Source of the DNA: Eledone cirrhosa
Lineage: Eukaryota
Assembly (NCBI GenBank): GCA_964016885.1
Contig: OZ024749.1
Location: forward strand, 31,744,001-31,808,000
DNA: 64,000 nucleotides
Direction: 5' to 3'
Of this stretch, positions 39,200 to 54,122 are shown one piece after another. The notes under the pieces were generated by a model, which searched no databases, had not been told where the DNA came from, and saw only the letters and a list, made by a program, of their open reading frames with translations. Each line of letters opens with the position of its first letter. The stretch's first letter is position 1. The translations under genes and the position numbers were made by a program.

Positions 39200-39201
<2 letters not shown>
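39050..39201 (+). mobile_element. Half-hammerhead fold-back family copy (internally deleted)
   Basis: Matches 15563-15756. Confidence 0.75.
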
Positions 39202-39250
<49 letters not shown>

Positions 39251-39331
39251 CGCGTGTGTGTGTGTGTGTACATACTGACACATAAACACACTTAGGCACT
39301 TATACATACTGACAAATACTGACACACATAC

Positions 39332-39365
<34 letters not shown>

Positions 39366-39368
39366 ATA

Positions 39369-39402
<34 letters not shown>

Positions 39403-39424
39403 TATATAACATACATACATATGC

Positions 39425-40531
<1,107 letters not shown>

Positions 40532-40532
40532 C

Positions 40533-40658
<126 letters not shown>

Positions 40659-40719
40659 CGTATATATATATATATAGGTGGATTCCCGATGTATAGCTGG
40701 AGCTGATTATAATTAAAAG

Positions 40720-40769
40720 GACTTTCCTGATGATTTCTTACGAATGAAACAGTTCTAGTCCTGTAGATT
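40720..40769 (+). ncRNA. Hammerhead of the 19445 family, stem I disrupted
   Basis: CTGATGA-TTTCTTACGAAT-GAAA-CAGTTCTAGTCCTG-TA. Confidence 0.6.
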
Positions 40770-40784
40770 AATTTCTATAATAAT

Positions 40785-41220
40785 AATGGTTTCTTATATA
40801 GGCACAAGGCCAGCAATTTTGGTGGAGGGGAAAGTCGATTAAATCGACCCCAGTACGTTACTGGTACTTTATTTGATCGACCCCGTAAGGATGAAAGGCA
40901 AAGTTAACCTCGACGGGATTTGAACTTAGACCGTAAATGGCCGTAACTCTATGCTGCAAAGCATGGTGTTCGATTCTCTACCGATACTGCCAATCCACCT
41001 GTAACAATAATGGTTTCTAGTATAGGCGCAAGGCCAGTAATTTGGGGGGGAGTGGAAAGTCGATTAAATCGACCCCAGTGCATTACTGGTACTTTATTTT
41101 ATCGACCCCGTAAGGATGAATGGCAAAGGTAACCTCGGCAGGATATGACCTTAGACCGTAAAGGGACTTAACTCTATGCTGCAAAGCATGGTGTCTGACT
41201 CTCTACCGATACTGGCAATA
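40785..41220 (-). mobile_element. Two tandem copies of the main SINE
   Basis: Core motif present twice. Confidence 0.8.
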
Positions 41221-41577
41221 TACACATCATGCACGTGTGTGTGTGTCTGTGCGCGTGCGTGTGTGTGTGCGTGTCTGTGCGCGTGTACATGTGTGTGTAC
41301 ATGTGTGTGTATATGTTTAATGGGTTGTTAAGCCAGATCATAAAATGTCAGAAATGCCAGCATGCTATGACATGTCTTAGTTCATGTGATTAAGTGACTT
41401 TAAGCCAACGTCACTTTATATCCCTAACTGATAGCCCCGCCGCCACCACCACTGACCTGATAAACTCTTTCGTCACAGCCAAGTCAAGTTTTCACCAGTT
41501 TAAAACTATATCTACATTTTTAATGTTTAGTTTCAGGAAGCCTTCTGAAGTATTATTCACTCGTTTTTCTTCTACTA

Positions 41578-41623
<46 letters not shown>

Positions 41624-41827
41624 CTATATACTGAATGAAACAGTACTAGTCCTGTAGAAGACCTTCTATACAATAAATATATATATATACATATATATAT
41701 GGTGCCCCAGCATGGCCTCATCCGAATGGCTGTACTGTAACAGGTAAAAGAGTAAATATATATATATATTTGGATACATAAGGTAAATCCATAAACCTCA
41801 GCTTTATCAAAGGACGACAACAGACCA

Positions 41828-41905
<78 letters not shown>

Positions 41906-43088
41906 ACTCCTACTGTTCCTACTACCACTGCTGCTAATACTACTGCTAATAATTGTTTCTACTTTTGGCACAAGGCCAGCAATTTAAGCAGTGCATTACT
42001 GGTACTATTGCTAATAATGATAATTAACATTGAAATATGTCCATGCTCGTGATTTTTTCTTTAAAGACAAAAACATGTTTATGATAAATGCTAATGGTTT
42101 GGTGACGATTTGAAATTTCTTCGATACTTTTTCTAACGGATTCTGGTTTAAATCTATGGATCACGAATTCCACGTGACTTGGTGATGATTCGAGACTTTC
42201 TTTTTTAACCTTGAGACTTCCTGTTTAAATTTACAAACCAAGGAACATATATACTCTTTTATGGTTCAGAACGTTTTTCATTTTATCTCCAAGCCTAAGG
42301 ATTAAATTTACAAATTTTGGATGATGTATGATTTGATGTTATTGTACCTAAAGTTTTCTTACCAAAGAATTTAAATTCCGGATTAAATTTAAAAACCATG
42401 GATGTTACAGTGCTAATTTTAAAATATGTTTGCGAATTGGATTTATAGATTATGGATTGTGTTTTTGTGAGGAGTTAAGGATTTGTTTACCCCTAAGAGG
42501 TTAACCAACGGATTAAATTTACAGATCATGGAATAAACCTTTCACAATTTACATTGTTTAGAATTTAACAAACACAAGCACAGTTCATAAATCGAAAGGT
42601 GGCCCCTAGCCTTTAAAGTATTCTTACGGATATCGTACTGATAAATGTCTCTAGGATTTGAAATCAGGTCAAGCACATTTTTGTTAAGTACAGAACGCTG
42701 CGGGTTTCTTCCAGAGAACCAGAGAAATATGAAAAAATCGACCCTAGTTGTGAATTAGTATTGTGAATTAGAATGTTTAAGTTGAGCTCAGTGATAATTG
42801 AACTCAGAGCCTAACGTGCTGGAAGAAATACCGAGGTATTTTTAATCCGACGTCTCTAACGATTCTGTTAAATTATTTAATGATCCCCTAACATGTGAGT
42901 CACAGCTGACCTTACCTTTTATGGTTGACCTTAATTCAAGTGCTGGCTTCTGTGTTTGCCTTACACACACACACACACACACACTTACACGCACAGAGAC
43001 ACAGACACTCACATGTATGTAAGTAAAAATATCTATTTTCTTCTTTGTTCTATATTTCATATCTGTTGTGTTATTTAGAATTTTTAAA

Positions 43089-43277
43089 TAATTGTCTCTA
43101 CTTTAGGCACAAGTCCATCAATTACCCAGTGCATTACTGGTACTTTATTTTATCGACCCAGTAAGGATGAAAGGCAAAGTCAACCTCGGCGGGATTTGAA
43201 CTCAGATCGTAAAGGGACGTAACTATGCTGGAAAGCATGGCGTCCGACCCTCTACTGATACTGCCAATCCACCGCCC
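43089..43277 (-). mobile_element. Main SINE, full length
   Basis: Reverse complement of the 51677-51866 type. Confidence 0.85.
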
Positions 43278-43421
43278 TTTATTAAATAATGAATAACGAT
43301 GTCGCGTGCTTTTGTGTTTAGAGTCTCCGGCTACCAGTATTCTGAATACTAGTGGTTTAGTTCGGATTTAGCTGTCTGTTGAAACGGGCGGAGTTCAGCC
43401 GTCGGGCTCCTGAATATTTTC

Positions 43422-43455
<34 letters not shown>

Positions 43456-43667
43456 ATATATGTATGTATAATGGCACATTACTTATGAGATCAGGCTACA
43501 ACATTATATATATATATATATATATACGGATGTGTATGATTGTGTATAGAAGATTATATTAATAAAAGGAATTCCAACTTTGTCTGATTTACTCGTTTTA
43601 TTTACAATCTTTTAAAATGTATAATGGTATTAGAATGAAATAGTATGGTAGAATATTAAGTGTTAAT

Positions 43668-43706
43668 TGAACAAGTACTTTCATGCTTTCGCAATCTTCA
43701 GGTTCA
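43668..43706 (-). ncRNA. Minimal type I hammerhead ribozyme
   Basis: Reverse complement of 43780-43818. Confidence 0.75.
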
Positions 43707-43779
43707 TATTCTGTGGTGACTGTTAAGTTTGCAATTTTCAACAGTTGAAAATTGCAAACTTGACTGTCACCACACAATA

Positions 43780-43818
43780 TGAACCTGAAGATTGCGAAAG
43801 CATGAAAGTACTTGTTCA
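43780..43818 (+). ncRNA. Minimal type I hammerhead ribozyme
   Basis: TGAAC-CTGAAGA-tTGCgaaaGCAt-GAAA-GTAC-TT-GTTCA. Confidence 0.75.
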
Positions 43819-43868
43819 ATTAATACTTAACATTTAATATTCTACCATATTATTTCATTCTAATACCA

Positions 43869-44049
43869 TTGGCAGTATTGGTAGAGGGTCGGACGCCTTG
43901 CTTTGACGCATAGAGTTACGGCCCTTGCCATTCTGAGTTCAAATCTCGCCGAGGTTAACTGTGCCTTTCATCCTTACGGGGTCGATAAAATAAAGTACCA
44001 GTAATACACTGGGTAATTTGCTGGCCTTGTGCCTAACGTAGAAACAATT
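43869..44049 (+). mobile_element. Main SINE inserted in the palindrome arm
   Basis: TTGGCAGTATTGGTAGAG...GAAACAATT. Confidence 0.85.
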
Positions 44050-44112
44050 ATAAATTTTAAAGGATTGTAAATAAAACGAGTAAATCAGACAAAGTTGGAA
44101 TTCCTTTTATTA

Positions 44113-44166
<54 letters not shown>

Positions 44167-44359
44167 CAGTAATTTGTAGAAAGGGAGTAGTGACAAAAAC
44201 AATATAAAGCAAGGAATAAACATTTAAAAAGATATTTTTGTATTGTTTTATTTTTGACACACCAAATTTATTTTATATTTAATGTTGTCTATAAATGCTT
44301 TTGTCTCCATTTTGAATGTTTTAAAAGGTTTTGGTGGAACAGCTGTAAATTCTCTTAAT

Positions 44360-44624
44360 GTTGTTGTTGTTGTTGATGATGGTGTCTTCTTGATTGTTAT
44401 TGTTGGTGTTTGGTGTTGTTTGTTGTTGTTGTTGGGATGTCTTGTTGATTGTTGGTGGTGGTGTTTGGTGTGTTGTTTTTGTTTTTTTTTGTTGATGTCT
44501 TCTTGATTGTTGGTGGTGGTGGTGGTGTTGTTGTTGGTGTTGGTGTTGGTGTTGGTGTTGTTGTTGGTGGAGGTGGTGTTTGTGTTGTTGTTGGTGTTGG
44601 TGTTGTTGTTGGTGGTGGTGTTGG

Positions 44625-44655
<31 letters not shown>

Positions 44656-45378
44656 GGTGTTGGTGTTGTTGTTGGTGGTGGTGTTGGTGTTGTTGTTGTT
44701 GTTGGTGGTGGTGGTGATGTTGGTGTTCGTGTTGTTGTTGGTGGTGGTGTTGGTGTTGTTGTTGGTGTTGTTGTTGGTGTTGTTGTTGGTGGTGGTGGTG
44801 GTGGTGGTGTTGGTGTTGGTGTTGCTGTTAGTGGTGTTGGTGTTGGTGTTGTTGTTTGTTGTTGGTGTTGGTGTTGTTGTTGTTGGTGGTGGTGGTGTTG
44901 GTGTTGTTGTTGGTGGTCGTGGTGTTGTTGTTGGTGTTGGTGTTGGTGTTGTTGTTGTTGTTGTTGGTGGTGGTGTTGTTGTTGGTGGTGGTGGTGTTGG
45001 TGTTGCTGTTGGTGTTGTTGTTGTTGTTGGTGGTGGTGTTGGTGTTGTTGTTGGTGGTGGTGGTGGTGGTGTTGGTGTTGTTGTTGGTGGTGGTGTTGGC
45101 GTTGTTGTTGTTGGTGGTGGTGGTGTTGTTGTTGTTGGTGTTGTTGTTGGTGTTGTTGTTGGTGGTGGTGTTGGTGTTGTTGTTGGTGTTGTTGTTGGTG
45201 TTGTTGGTGGTGGTGGTGGTGTTGGTGTTGTTGTTGGTGGTGGTGTTGGTGTTGGTGTTGTTGGTGGTGGTGGTGGTGGTGTTGTTGTTGTTGGTGGTGG
45301 TGTTGGTGTTGTTGTTGGTGTTGGTGTTGGTGTTGTTGGTGGTGGTGGTGGTGGTGGTGGTGTTGGTGTTGGTGTTGG

Positions 45379-45409
<31 letters not shown>

Positions 45410-45670
45410 GGTGGTGTTGGTGTTGTTGTTGTTGGTGGTGGTGGTGGTGGTAATGTCTTCTTGTTTGATGATGTTACTTTCATTCACTGTTGTTGTTGTT
45501 GGTGGTGTTTGTTGATGTTCTTGTTATTGTTGTTGGTGTTTGTTGATGTTCTTGTTATTGTTGTTGGTGTTTGTTGATGTTCTTGTTGTTGTTGGTGGTG
45601 TTTGCTTTGTTGTTGATGCTTTCATTTGTTGTGGTTGGTGTTGTTGAAGGTGGCGTTTGTTGCTGTTACT
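44360..45670. repeat. (GTT/GGT)n array
   Basis: Directly visible. Confidence 0.95.
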
Positions 45671-45677
45671 TTTGATA

Positions 45678-45885
45678 TTGTTTCTAATTTTGGAACAAAG
45701 CCAACAATTTTAATAGGACGCCGAAGTCAATCAAATTCATCCCAGTGCATTACTGGTACTATATTTTATCGACACCGAAAGGATGAAAGGCAAAGCTAAG
45801 CTCAAGCAAAAGTGAACTCAAAACGCAGAAAATCATAATTTAATACCGCAAAACATTTTGTCCGAAGCTCTACCGATTCTGCCAA
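45678..45885 (-). mobile_element. Diverged main-family SINE
   Basis: ACTGGTAC..TTTTATCGAC..AAGGATGAAAGGCAAAG. Confidence 0.7.
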
Positions 45886-46354
45886 AATATTTCGATTAAA
45901 ATATGGTAGAAAGAGACATTGCAGAAGCCTTTCGGTAGGTTCGTTTTTTTTTTGTCCCTGTGTTAGACATTAATCCATTACACAATTTAAATCCACTATC
46001 ATCCCAACACAACACCACCACTACTACTACCAACACAACACCACCACTACTACTACCAATACAACACCACCACTACTACTACCAACACAACACCACCACT
46101 ACTACTACCAACACAACACCACCACTACTACTACCAACACACCACCACCACTACTACTACCAACACAACACCACCACTACTACTACCAACACAACACCAC
46201 CACTACTACTACCAACACAACACCACCGACTCAACAATGGCTACTACTACAATCACACCACCACCAGCATAACAACAATCACCATCACCACAATATGACA
46301 ATATGACACCACATCATCATGTCATTGTATATAGGAGAGATTAATAGACTTCGT

Positions 46355-46435
<81 letters not shown>

Positions 46436-46487
46436 TGAGGGTGTGAAATATAAATATATATATATATACATGCGGGAGGGGTATGTA

Positions 46488-46660
<173 letters not shown>

Positions 46661-46670
46661 ATATATGTAT

Positions 46671-46764
<94 letters not shown>

Positions 46765-47138
46765 CTCCATTTATCTGTATAGAAAGCCAGATGTGTTATG
46801 TATATAAGAGCAGTGTAAGATTCTCACCAGCCAGTGGTCGGTTCTTTATATAAGCAGACACAGACACACATTCGCCAACAACAACACACACACACGAACA
46901 CACACATCCACACACATAGACAAAAAACACACTCACACCATATTCTCATACAATCAGAGAGACACTGGCACACACTCAAGAAGATGGATTTTAGCTGACT
47001 TGAATGTTTAACCTGTCATATTGACTTGGACATTAAGCAACACTTACAACTAACAACACCTACCATTAGCATTGATTCGCCTTTCTTACGAAAGACACTT
47101 TATATGGATATATATACATATGTGTGTGTGTGTGTATG

Positions 47139-47182
<44 letters not shown>

Positions 47183-47235
47183 CATACGTGCGCATATATA
47201 CTTACGTATAAATATACATATGTATATACATATAA

Positions 47236-47266
<31 letters not shown>

Positions 47267-47295
47267 TGCATACACACACGCACACACACACACAT

Positions 47296-47352
<57 letters not shown>

Positions 47353-47368
47353 TATATATATATGTATG

Positions 47369-47401
<33 letters not shown>

Positions 47402-47402
<1 letters not shown>

Positions 47403-47565
47403 GGAACAAGTAAGACCCCGACGGCTGAGCTCAAGAATTAGCCGTCGAAACGGCTTGAGCTCAGCCGTCGGGGTCTTAATTGTTCCTATTACCCACTCTA
47501 CTACCCTAAGTATTGAGTACTTTGGTGCGTTATGGTCCACCTAGTTCCTTACCACATTTCCTTCG

Positions 47566-47567
<2 letters not shown>
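47402..47567 (+). mobile_element. Half-hammerhead fold-back family copy
   Basis: Matches 15563-15756 with a shorter left arm. Confidence 0.75.
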
Positions 47568-47602
<35 letters not shown>

Positions 47603-47632
47603 TATGCATATATGCATACATATAAATATTCA

Positions 47633-47669
<37 letters not shown>

Positions 47670-47893
47670 CTATATATATAAATATGTATGTGTATATATG
47701 TATGTATATATATATATATATATATTGTTTATACTTTAGGCACAAGGCCAGCAATTACCCAGTAAATAAAGTACCAGTAATGCACTGGGTAATTGCTGGC
47801 CTTGTGCCTAAACTAGAAACAATATATATATATATATACATACATATATACACATACATATTTATACACATATATATAGATACATACATAAAT

Positions 47894-47971
<78 letters not shown>

Positions 47972-48749
47972 CATATATTTATATATATGTATGTATGCGT
48001 GTATATGTGTGTAGACCCGTGCGTGTATGTGTATGAGTATATTAATATGTCCACACAAACACGTGTATGGACACGCTTCTTCATATACAGTGTCTTTTGC
48101 TACCAGCTCCGAATTTACAACTAGTTTCAATCACCACACACACACCTTTACAAACAGACATATATACCCCAAAACACACATATCTAAGCGTACATAATCA
48201 CAATCTCACGAGCATACACACACAATTACGCATTCAAAAACACATTGGCACACACAAATACATCCAAACACAGATACATACACGTACATAATCACAGTCT
48301 CACATGCACATACTCACACATACACTTTTTTTTTTAAATCGATAATGGGCCTTCGTCTATTTCGATGAGGCACTTTCATTTTTTCCATCAATGTAACCAC
48401 TTACATATTGAATTAACGTGAGTGGCTGAGTATTCCACAGATAAGTGTAAACTTCATATAATCCTCTGTCTGTTACGATGTGTAACAAGGGCTACCCTTT
48501 TTAATAACAAGTACAATCCATTTGACATGCATATGCATAGGGTTATCAAGCTGGTTTCTCTGCGTGGACCGTGACCTGTAATGAAGAAACTTGCCCAAGA
48601 TGCCGTGAGATCTCGCTGTTCTCACGTAATTACTAATCACCTTGTCTCATATTGTAATAAATATTCCACTCTATCTGAGAGAATTTAGTACTTCCTTTCA
48701 CTTAATTCCAATTCAGGTCACTCCGACACCACTCAACATTATGTGCACG

Positions 48750-48893
<144 letters not shown>

Positions 48894-49057
48894 AAGAAGT
48901 TATAGTTCACTTGAAGCATTGTGTAATGAGGTATAAACATTTGTATATGTATAATAAAGCCAAAACAATGCAGGTATGTCCATACCTGCATTGTTTTGTC
49001 TTTATTATACACACACACACACACATATATATATATATTATTCTGATGAAATATATA

Positions 49058-49178
49058 TTATTCTGATGAAATGACAGTAAATAATAACATTGAAATATTG
49101 ATTGTCTGCATAACTAATACTTTGTGGATAGCAGCTGTTTTCAGGTTTTGTAACTGTTATAGAAACACGTGTCAATAA
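49058..49178 (+). ncRNA. Type I hammerhead with about 75-nt stem II insertion
   Basis: TTATT-CTGATGA-aATGACAGT...ACTGTTATa-GAAA-CACGTG-TC-AATAA. Confidence 0.7.
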
Positions 49179-49212
49179 ATTCCTTTCAACTAAACTGTAT
49201 CCATTCAAATCT

Positions 49213-49268
<56 letters not shown>

Positions 49269-49458
49269 TCACATACATAGTATATATGAGTATATATATA
49301 TATATATAAATATATATATATATTTCGTTTCTGAATTTGTTTAGCAAGATTCTTTATCTGAAAACGTGTGTTGAAATCGATATTGTTATATTTTGGGAGG
49401 GTCATGTTGCCAATAAGTGCGTGTGTTTCTTATTGACAACATCACCCTCCCAAAGAAT

Positions 49459-49542
<84 letters not shown>

Positions 49543-49544
49543 GT

Positions 49545-49905
49545 AGAACACTGGAAGGTAATATCCGTAGTGGTAGACCACTCAGTCCATGGGACGAGTT
49601 AGGTAGAAGTGGTAACATGGTATAACAATGATCAGTCCGAGCTGAGGATCCGCTAAGGTAAAACAATTGTTCTCGGTATGGTGAACTAACTGTTGTGTTC
49701 CCACTTCTATATATATATAGAGAGAGGGAGAGGTTGATGTTAGGAAGGGCATCCAGCCGTAGAAAACCTGCCAGGGAGTCCTATATGAGCGAGAGATGGT
49801 CACCCGACCAATCTTACCTCAAGTAGGACAATTCCCGTCTAAACCCATGCTTAACCCATGCCCGTCTAAATCCATGGAAGATAGACGTTAAACAATGATG
49901 ATGAT
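49545..49905 (+). mobile_element. Decayed SINE-like repeat of a second family
   Basis: GGAAGGGCATCCAGCCGTAGAAA motif and GACGTTAAAC-(GAT)n tail. Confidence 0.45.
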
Positions 49906-50018
49906 ATATATATAAATATATATTCTCACATACATATATAATATAAATGTATATATATATACATATACATATATATATATATATATATATTTTTATATTT
50001 ATATATGTATGTATGTGA

Positions 50019-50060
<42 letters not shown>

Positions 50061-50085
50061 ATGTGTCTATATAGTACGTACGTAT

Positions 50086-50116
<31 letters not shown>

Positions 50117-50190
50117 ATACGTACGTTATTCCGGGTTGAATCGGAGGTAACTACAGTAAGTAAGGTACTCAATACATTGCAGAGTATAAA

Positions 50191-50237
<47 letters not shown>

Positions 50238-50298
50238 ATATAATAATGTGTGTGTTTATTCCCGCCCATACTCGCGCGCACACACACACACATATTCG

Positions 50299-50389
<91 letters not shown>

Positions 50390-51364
50390 ACATATATATA
50401 TATACATATATATATATATGAATATATTTAGGTGACAACTGAAAATAGCTAAGTGAGTGATGGGTTGTAAGCATTCTAACGGAAAAGTCGATACCACCGA
50501 TGATGTTTTCAGGCAGTCCCGCTGTGTTCATGCTCACCACACATGTTTTACAATGGGCTAGTTCATTTCCTTGGTAATAGGGGTCAAAGGATAGGTACCA
50601 CTCACTGAGCCCCTCCCACATCACCCACCCATTCGCAAAGACTAAAACAGTTGGAACTCGCAATAATTGACATGTCTCTTTAGCTTTTGGTTTTGGCCCC
50701 CAAGTACTCTCATGTGGTTATCTGTGATAAGGACACGTGTGAAATACACGGAAACCATTTGCTTGTTTATATGTACTCAATACATACATGCGTGTACGTG
50801 TGTGTACGTGTGTGTGTGTGTATGTGTGCGTCTGTGTGTGCGTGTGTGTGTGCATGTGTGTCTTTGACATCTATCGCTTCCGAAAAACACAACAGCCTGC
50901 ACGTGAATTATACGTGCAAGTGCCTGAGCATTCCATGGACAAGTACAACCGTAACTTTCCTAATCATTCTATCTGTTCCCCAAAACCAAGCTTTCTGGAT
51001 TAACGCTATAGGGAACTCAATGTCTATCTCCTATATCCAATGACCATATTTATGGGTTACTGGTCCCAAGGCACCTATCACTACTAGTATAACTTTAACA
51101 TTTTTGCAATTTCCACACCCATACAATCTCATACTTTTATGGACTGTAATTTTTCTCCTTCGTAATCTTTCAATCTTAAATCAAATAAACATGAGTGGTC
51201 TATTATATATCCACATTCCTGCCATTTGTCCACCTTGGTTATGTTTGGCTTGTTAGGCTCTAATACCTTGTCTGTCTGTATAGCGAAGTCCTATAAGATT
51301 TTAAAATCTTCTGATTCAATTACATTCTCTGGCTTATGGTTGTACCACTTCACCTAAAAATCAA

Positions 51365-51672
51365 CTCCCTACTTTTGGCAGAGTTTCTAAATTATAATCT
51401 TGACTATTTCGCCATGTCACTATTTCTTGGAAGTCCCTACTTCTGGCAAAGACTTCCAAACTATAATCATGGGCATTTCACCGTGTTACTATTTCTTGGA
51501 AGACCCTAATTCTGGCAGAGGCTTCCAAATTAAAATCTTGACTTCTGGGAGAATTTCCAAACTAAAATCTCTGCTATTTCATCATGTTACCATTTCTTGG
51601 AAGTCTCTATTTCTGACAAGAGTTTCCAAATCCTAATCTTGGCTATTTCATCATGTTATTATTTCTTGGATT
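51365..51672. repeat. Degenerate tandem repeat of about 70 bp
   Basis: Recurring CTACTTCTGGCA..TTCCAAA..AATCTTG..CTATTTC..CATGTTACTATTTCTTGGAAG. Confidence 0.7.
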
Positions 51673-51676
51673 CCTG

Positions 51677-51866
51677 GGCGGTGGATTGGCAGTATCGGTA
51701 GAGAGTCGGACGCTATGCTTTCCAGCATAGTTACGTCCCTTTACGATCTGAGTTCAAATCCCGCCGAGGTTGACTTTGCCTTTCATCCTTACGGGGTCGA
51801 TAAAATAAAGTACCAGTAATGCACTGAGTAATTGCTGGCCTTGTGCCTAAAGTAGAAACAATTATT
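51677..51866 (+). mobile_element. Main SINE, full length
   Basis: GGCGGTGGATTGGCAGTATCGGTAGAG (A-box-like), GAGTTCAAATCCC (B-box-like), AAACAATTATT end. Confidence 0.85.
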
Positions 51867-52655
51867 TCTTGGCTTCTTTTTTGTGACAAAATAGAACACC
51901 CAGGAACAATATGTGTCACGGTCTCTTCAAACGTTCCATTGACTCAGCACATTGACGATATGTCTTACTTGTATATATGGTTCATAATGTGATTAGCTTT
52001 GATATCTTGGTCTTGAGCAGCTTTAATAGTATTTGTTTTCCATCCCCCCTTCTCCATTCTTCTGTGACACTCGAGCCCTTGCCTTATTCTTCCTTTTCCC
52101 TTTTCATAACCACAAAAGTCACTTGAATATTCAATGTAACTCTAGTTTGGGTAGTGGGTATTGTTTTTATTTGCTTATATATGTTCACTATTTAACAAAC
52201 CGAATTACTTTATATGTAAATTGAAATTAAAGTGAAAGCCACGACACATTTCTTTCTTTAGACTGATTTTTCTGAAACCAATCCCATGGATGTTTGCCTC
52301 TAAGTTCTGTGGTTCCTTGTTCAAATTCTCCATGTAATTCTTTCTGTTTCCTTAAATCTCTATACATGTTTTGCACCTCTTCCTTACTTTTATCACCCGC
52401 CACACTTTAATTTCTTTAATACCAGTTTATAGTTTTCCTGCTCTGATCTGACATACCTTGTTTCGGTCCATGGAATTAATCAGGCTTTTCTTTTCTATAC
52501 ACACAAAATATTTGTCCTCTATCCTTCCTCTTCAACTTCAGCCGATCCACGCCAGCTGTTTCGGTGGTAGACACCATGTATAGTCAACAATATCCATTGC
52601 TTGGAACTCCATTATTATTATTATGTTAGTAGTAGTAGCAGCAGCAGCAGCAGCA

Positions 52656-52717
<62 letters not shown>

Positions 52718-52801
52718 TATGGTTGTTGTTGTTGTTGTATATAGCGAATGAGCGATAAAGTAGAGAAGTAGATAGATAGATAGGTAAATAGTTAGATAGG
52801 C

Positions 52802-52874
<73 letters not shown>

Positions 52875-52876
52875 TA

Positions 52877-53854
52877 TTTCTTTTATTTGCCACTAGGGCA
52901 TCAAAAGTGGGACAAGTACAAAGGGGGGAGTTTACACAAAAAGGCGTCCTCAATAAGGAGGAGGCAATAACAAAATATAAAAATAAAATAAGATATAACA
53001 AAAAATAAATTTTTAACAAAATCCTCAATAGAGAGGAGGCGCCTTGGGGGGTCGCACACACCCCCGAAAAAGGTGTGCAACCCTTCTCCTCAGGAGCACA
53101 GAGAAGGGGTGCTCCCTTGGTCTTTCATCTTCCTCACCTATAGTCTGATGTAGAGTGAAGGCCCATTCACACGGGCCATTCTCGCCACTTTCACCCATCT
53201 TTCATAGAAACGGCTGGGGTGCAGCACCTCTCTCTCCATCCTGATCCTTCTTCCGAAATGATATCGGAAGAAACGGACCAGTTGTTGGCCAGAGAGAAAG
53301 GTGCCCGACCTCAGTCCTTTCAGACGCGTCCACCATACAACCTCTTTCGCCATGGCTATTACGCACAGAAACACCGCCTCTGCTTCATCTTTGAAGGGGG
53401 GAGGCGGCTTGATCATTACAATAGACTCGGTGGTCAACCGGATCGGTCCCACCCTTGACAGCAGTTGTTCGACATAGCCCCACAGATCGGCTACGCCCGA
53501 GCAGTGTACTAATGCGTGTGCAACGGTTTCCTCGTCGCACACGCATCTGGGACAGATCTTTTTGGCGGGGTCCCTACCCGGGCGCCCGTGTCTGTAGAGC
53601 CTTTCTCGAACGGGTAAAGCCCCTCGGTAGCACTGCCAGGCCAGGGACTTCTGGAAGTTGTCCATAGGTCCCGGGCTGAATGTCCTACCGAACAGGCTGG
53701 CCAGTTCGTCCTCCTCCATGTCTAGGGCTTCTCCGAGGGCGTCGTCGCACCTGCTGCGCACCAGCCCTCTATAGAATGTTGCGGTGGAGTCTCCACTGAT
53801 ACCGGATCCGCCTGCCAGAGGGCGGTGAGCGCCTGGGCACACTCAGTGTGCCAG
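52877..53854 (-). mobile_element. Tx1 copy C, 5'-truncated, subfamily of copy A
   Basis: Near-identical to 29659-30638; 3' end runs into (GATA)n at 52770-52873. Confidence 0.93.
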
Positions 53855-53861
53855 AGATATG

Positions 53862-53950
53862 TTTCTTTATTAGCCGCAGGGGCACAAAAGAAGGGGACAA
53901 ATACAAAGGGGGAAGTTTACATACAATAAAAACGTGTAAAATGTTATCAC
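53862..53950 (-). mobile_element. Tx1 3' UTR stub, third variant
   Basis: TGTAAACTTCCCCCTTTGTATTTGTCCCCTTCTTTTGTGCC..AATAAAGAAA. Confidence 0.7.
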
Positions 53951-53984
<34 letters not shown>

Positions 53985-53986
53985 TA

Positions 53987-54073
53987 TTTCTTTATTTACC
54001 ATAAAGGCATAAAAAGAAGGGACAAATACAAAGGGGGAGTTTACATAAAATCGAGTAAAAAGGGTATAAAATG
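53987..54073 (-). mobile_element. Tx1 3' UTR stub, subfamily of copy B
   Basis: Matches 36404-36490; (GATA)n on both sides. Confidence 0.85.

Positions 54074-54122
<49 letters not shown>

Larger units (their letters stand above)
43558..44114. mobile_element. Palindromic Penelope-like fragment with paired hammerheads; right arm interrupted by a SINE
   Basis: Centre at 43743; 43623-43742 mirrors 43744-43870; 43558-43622 mirrors 44050-44114. Confidence 0.8.
50950..52600 (-). pseudogene. Fragmented R4/Dong-like non-LTR element (restriction-like endonuclease type)
   Basis: Minus-strand pieces in order: KELHGEF..WDWF; AAQDQDI; HIVPGCSIL; WYNHKPENVIE..KIL*DFAIQTDK; VKVILVVIGALG; interrupted by a SINE and a tandem repeat. 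Confidence 0.7.

Noticed and set aside
51677-51770. tRNA gene
   Set aside because: A/B-box-like head continues into a repeated SINE body; no convincing cloverleaf
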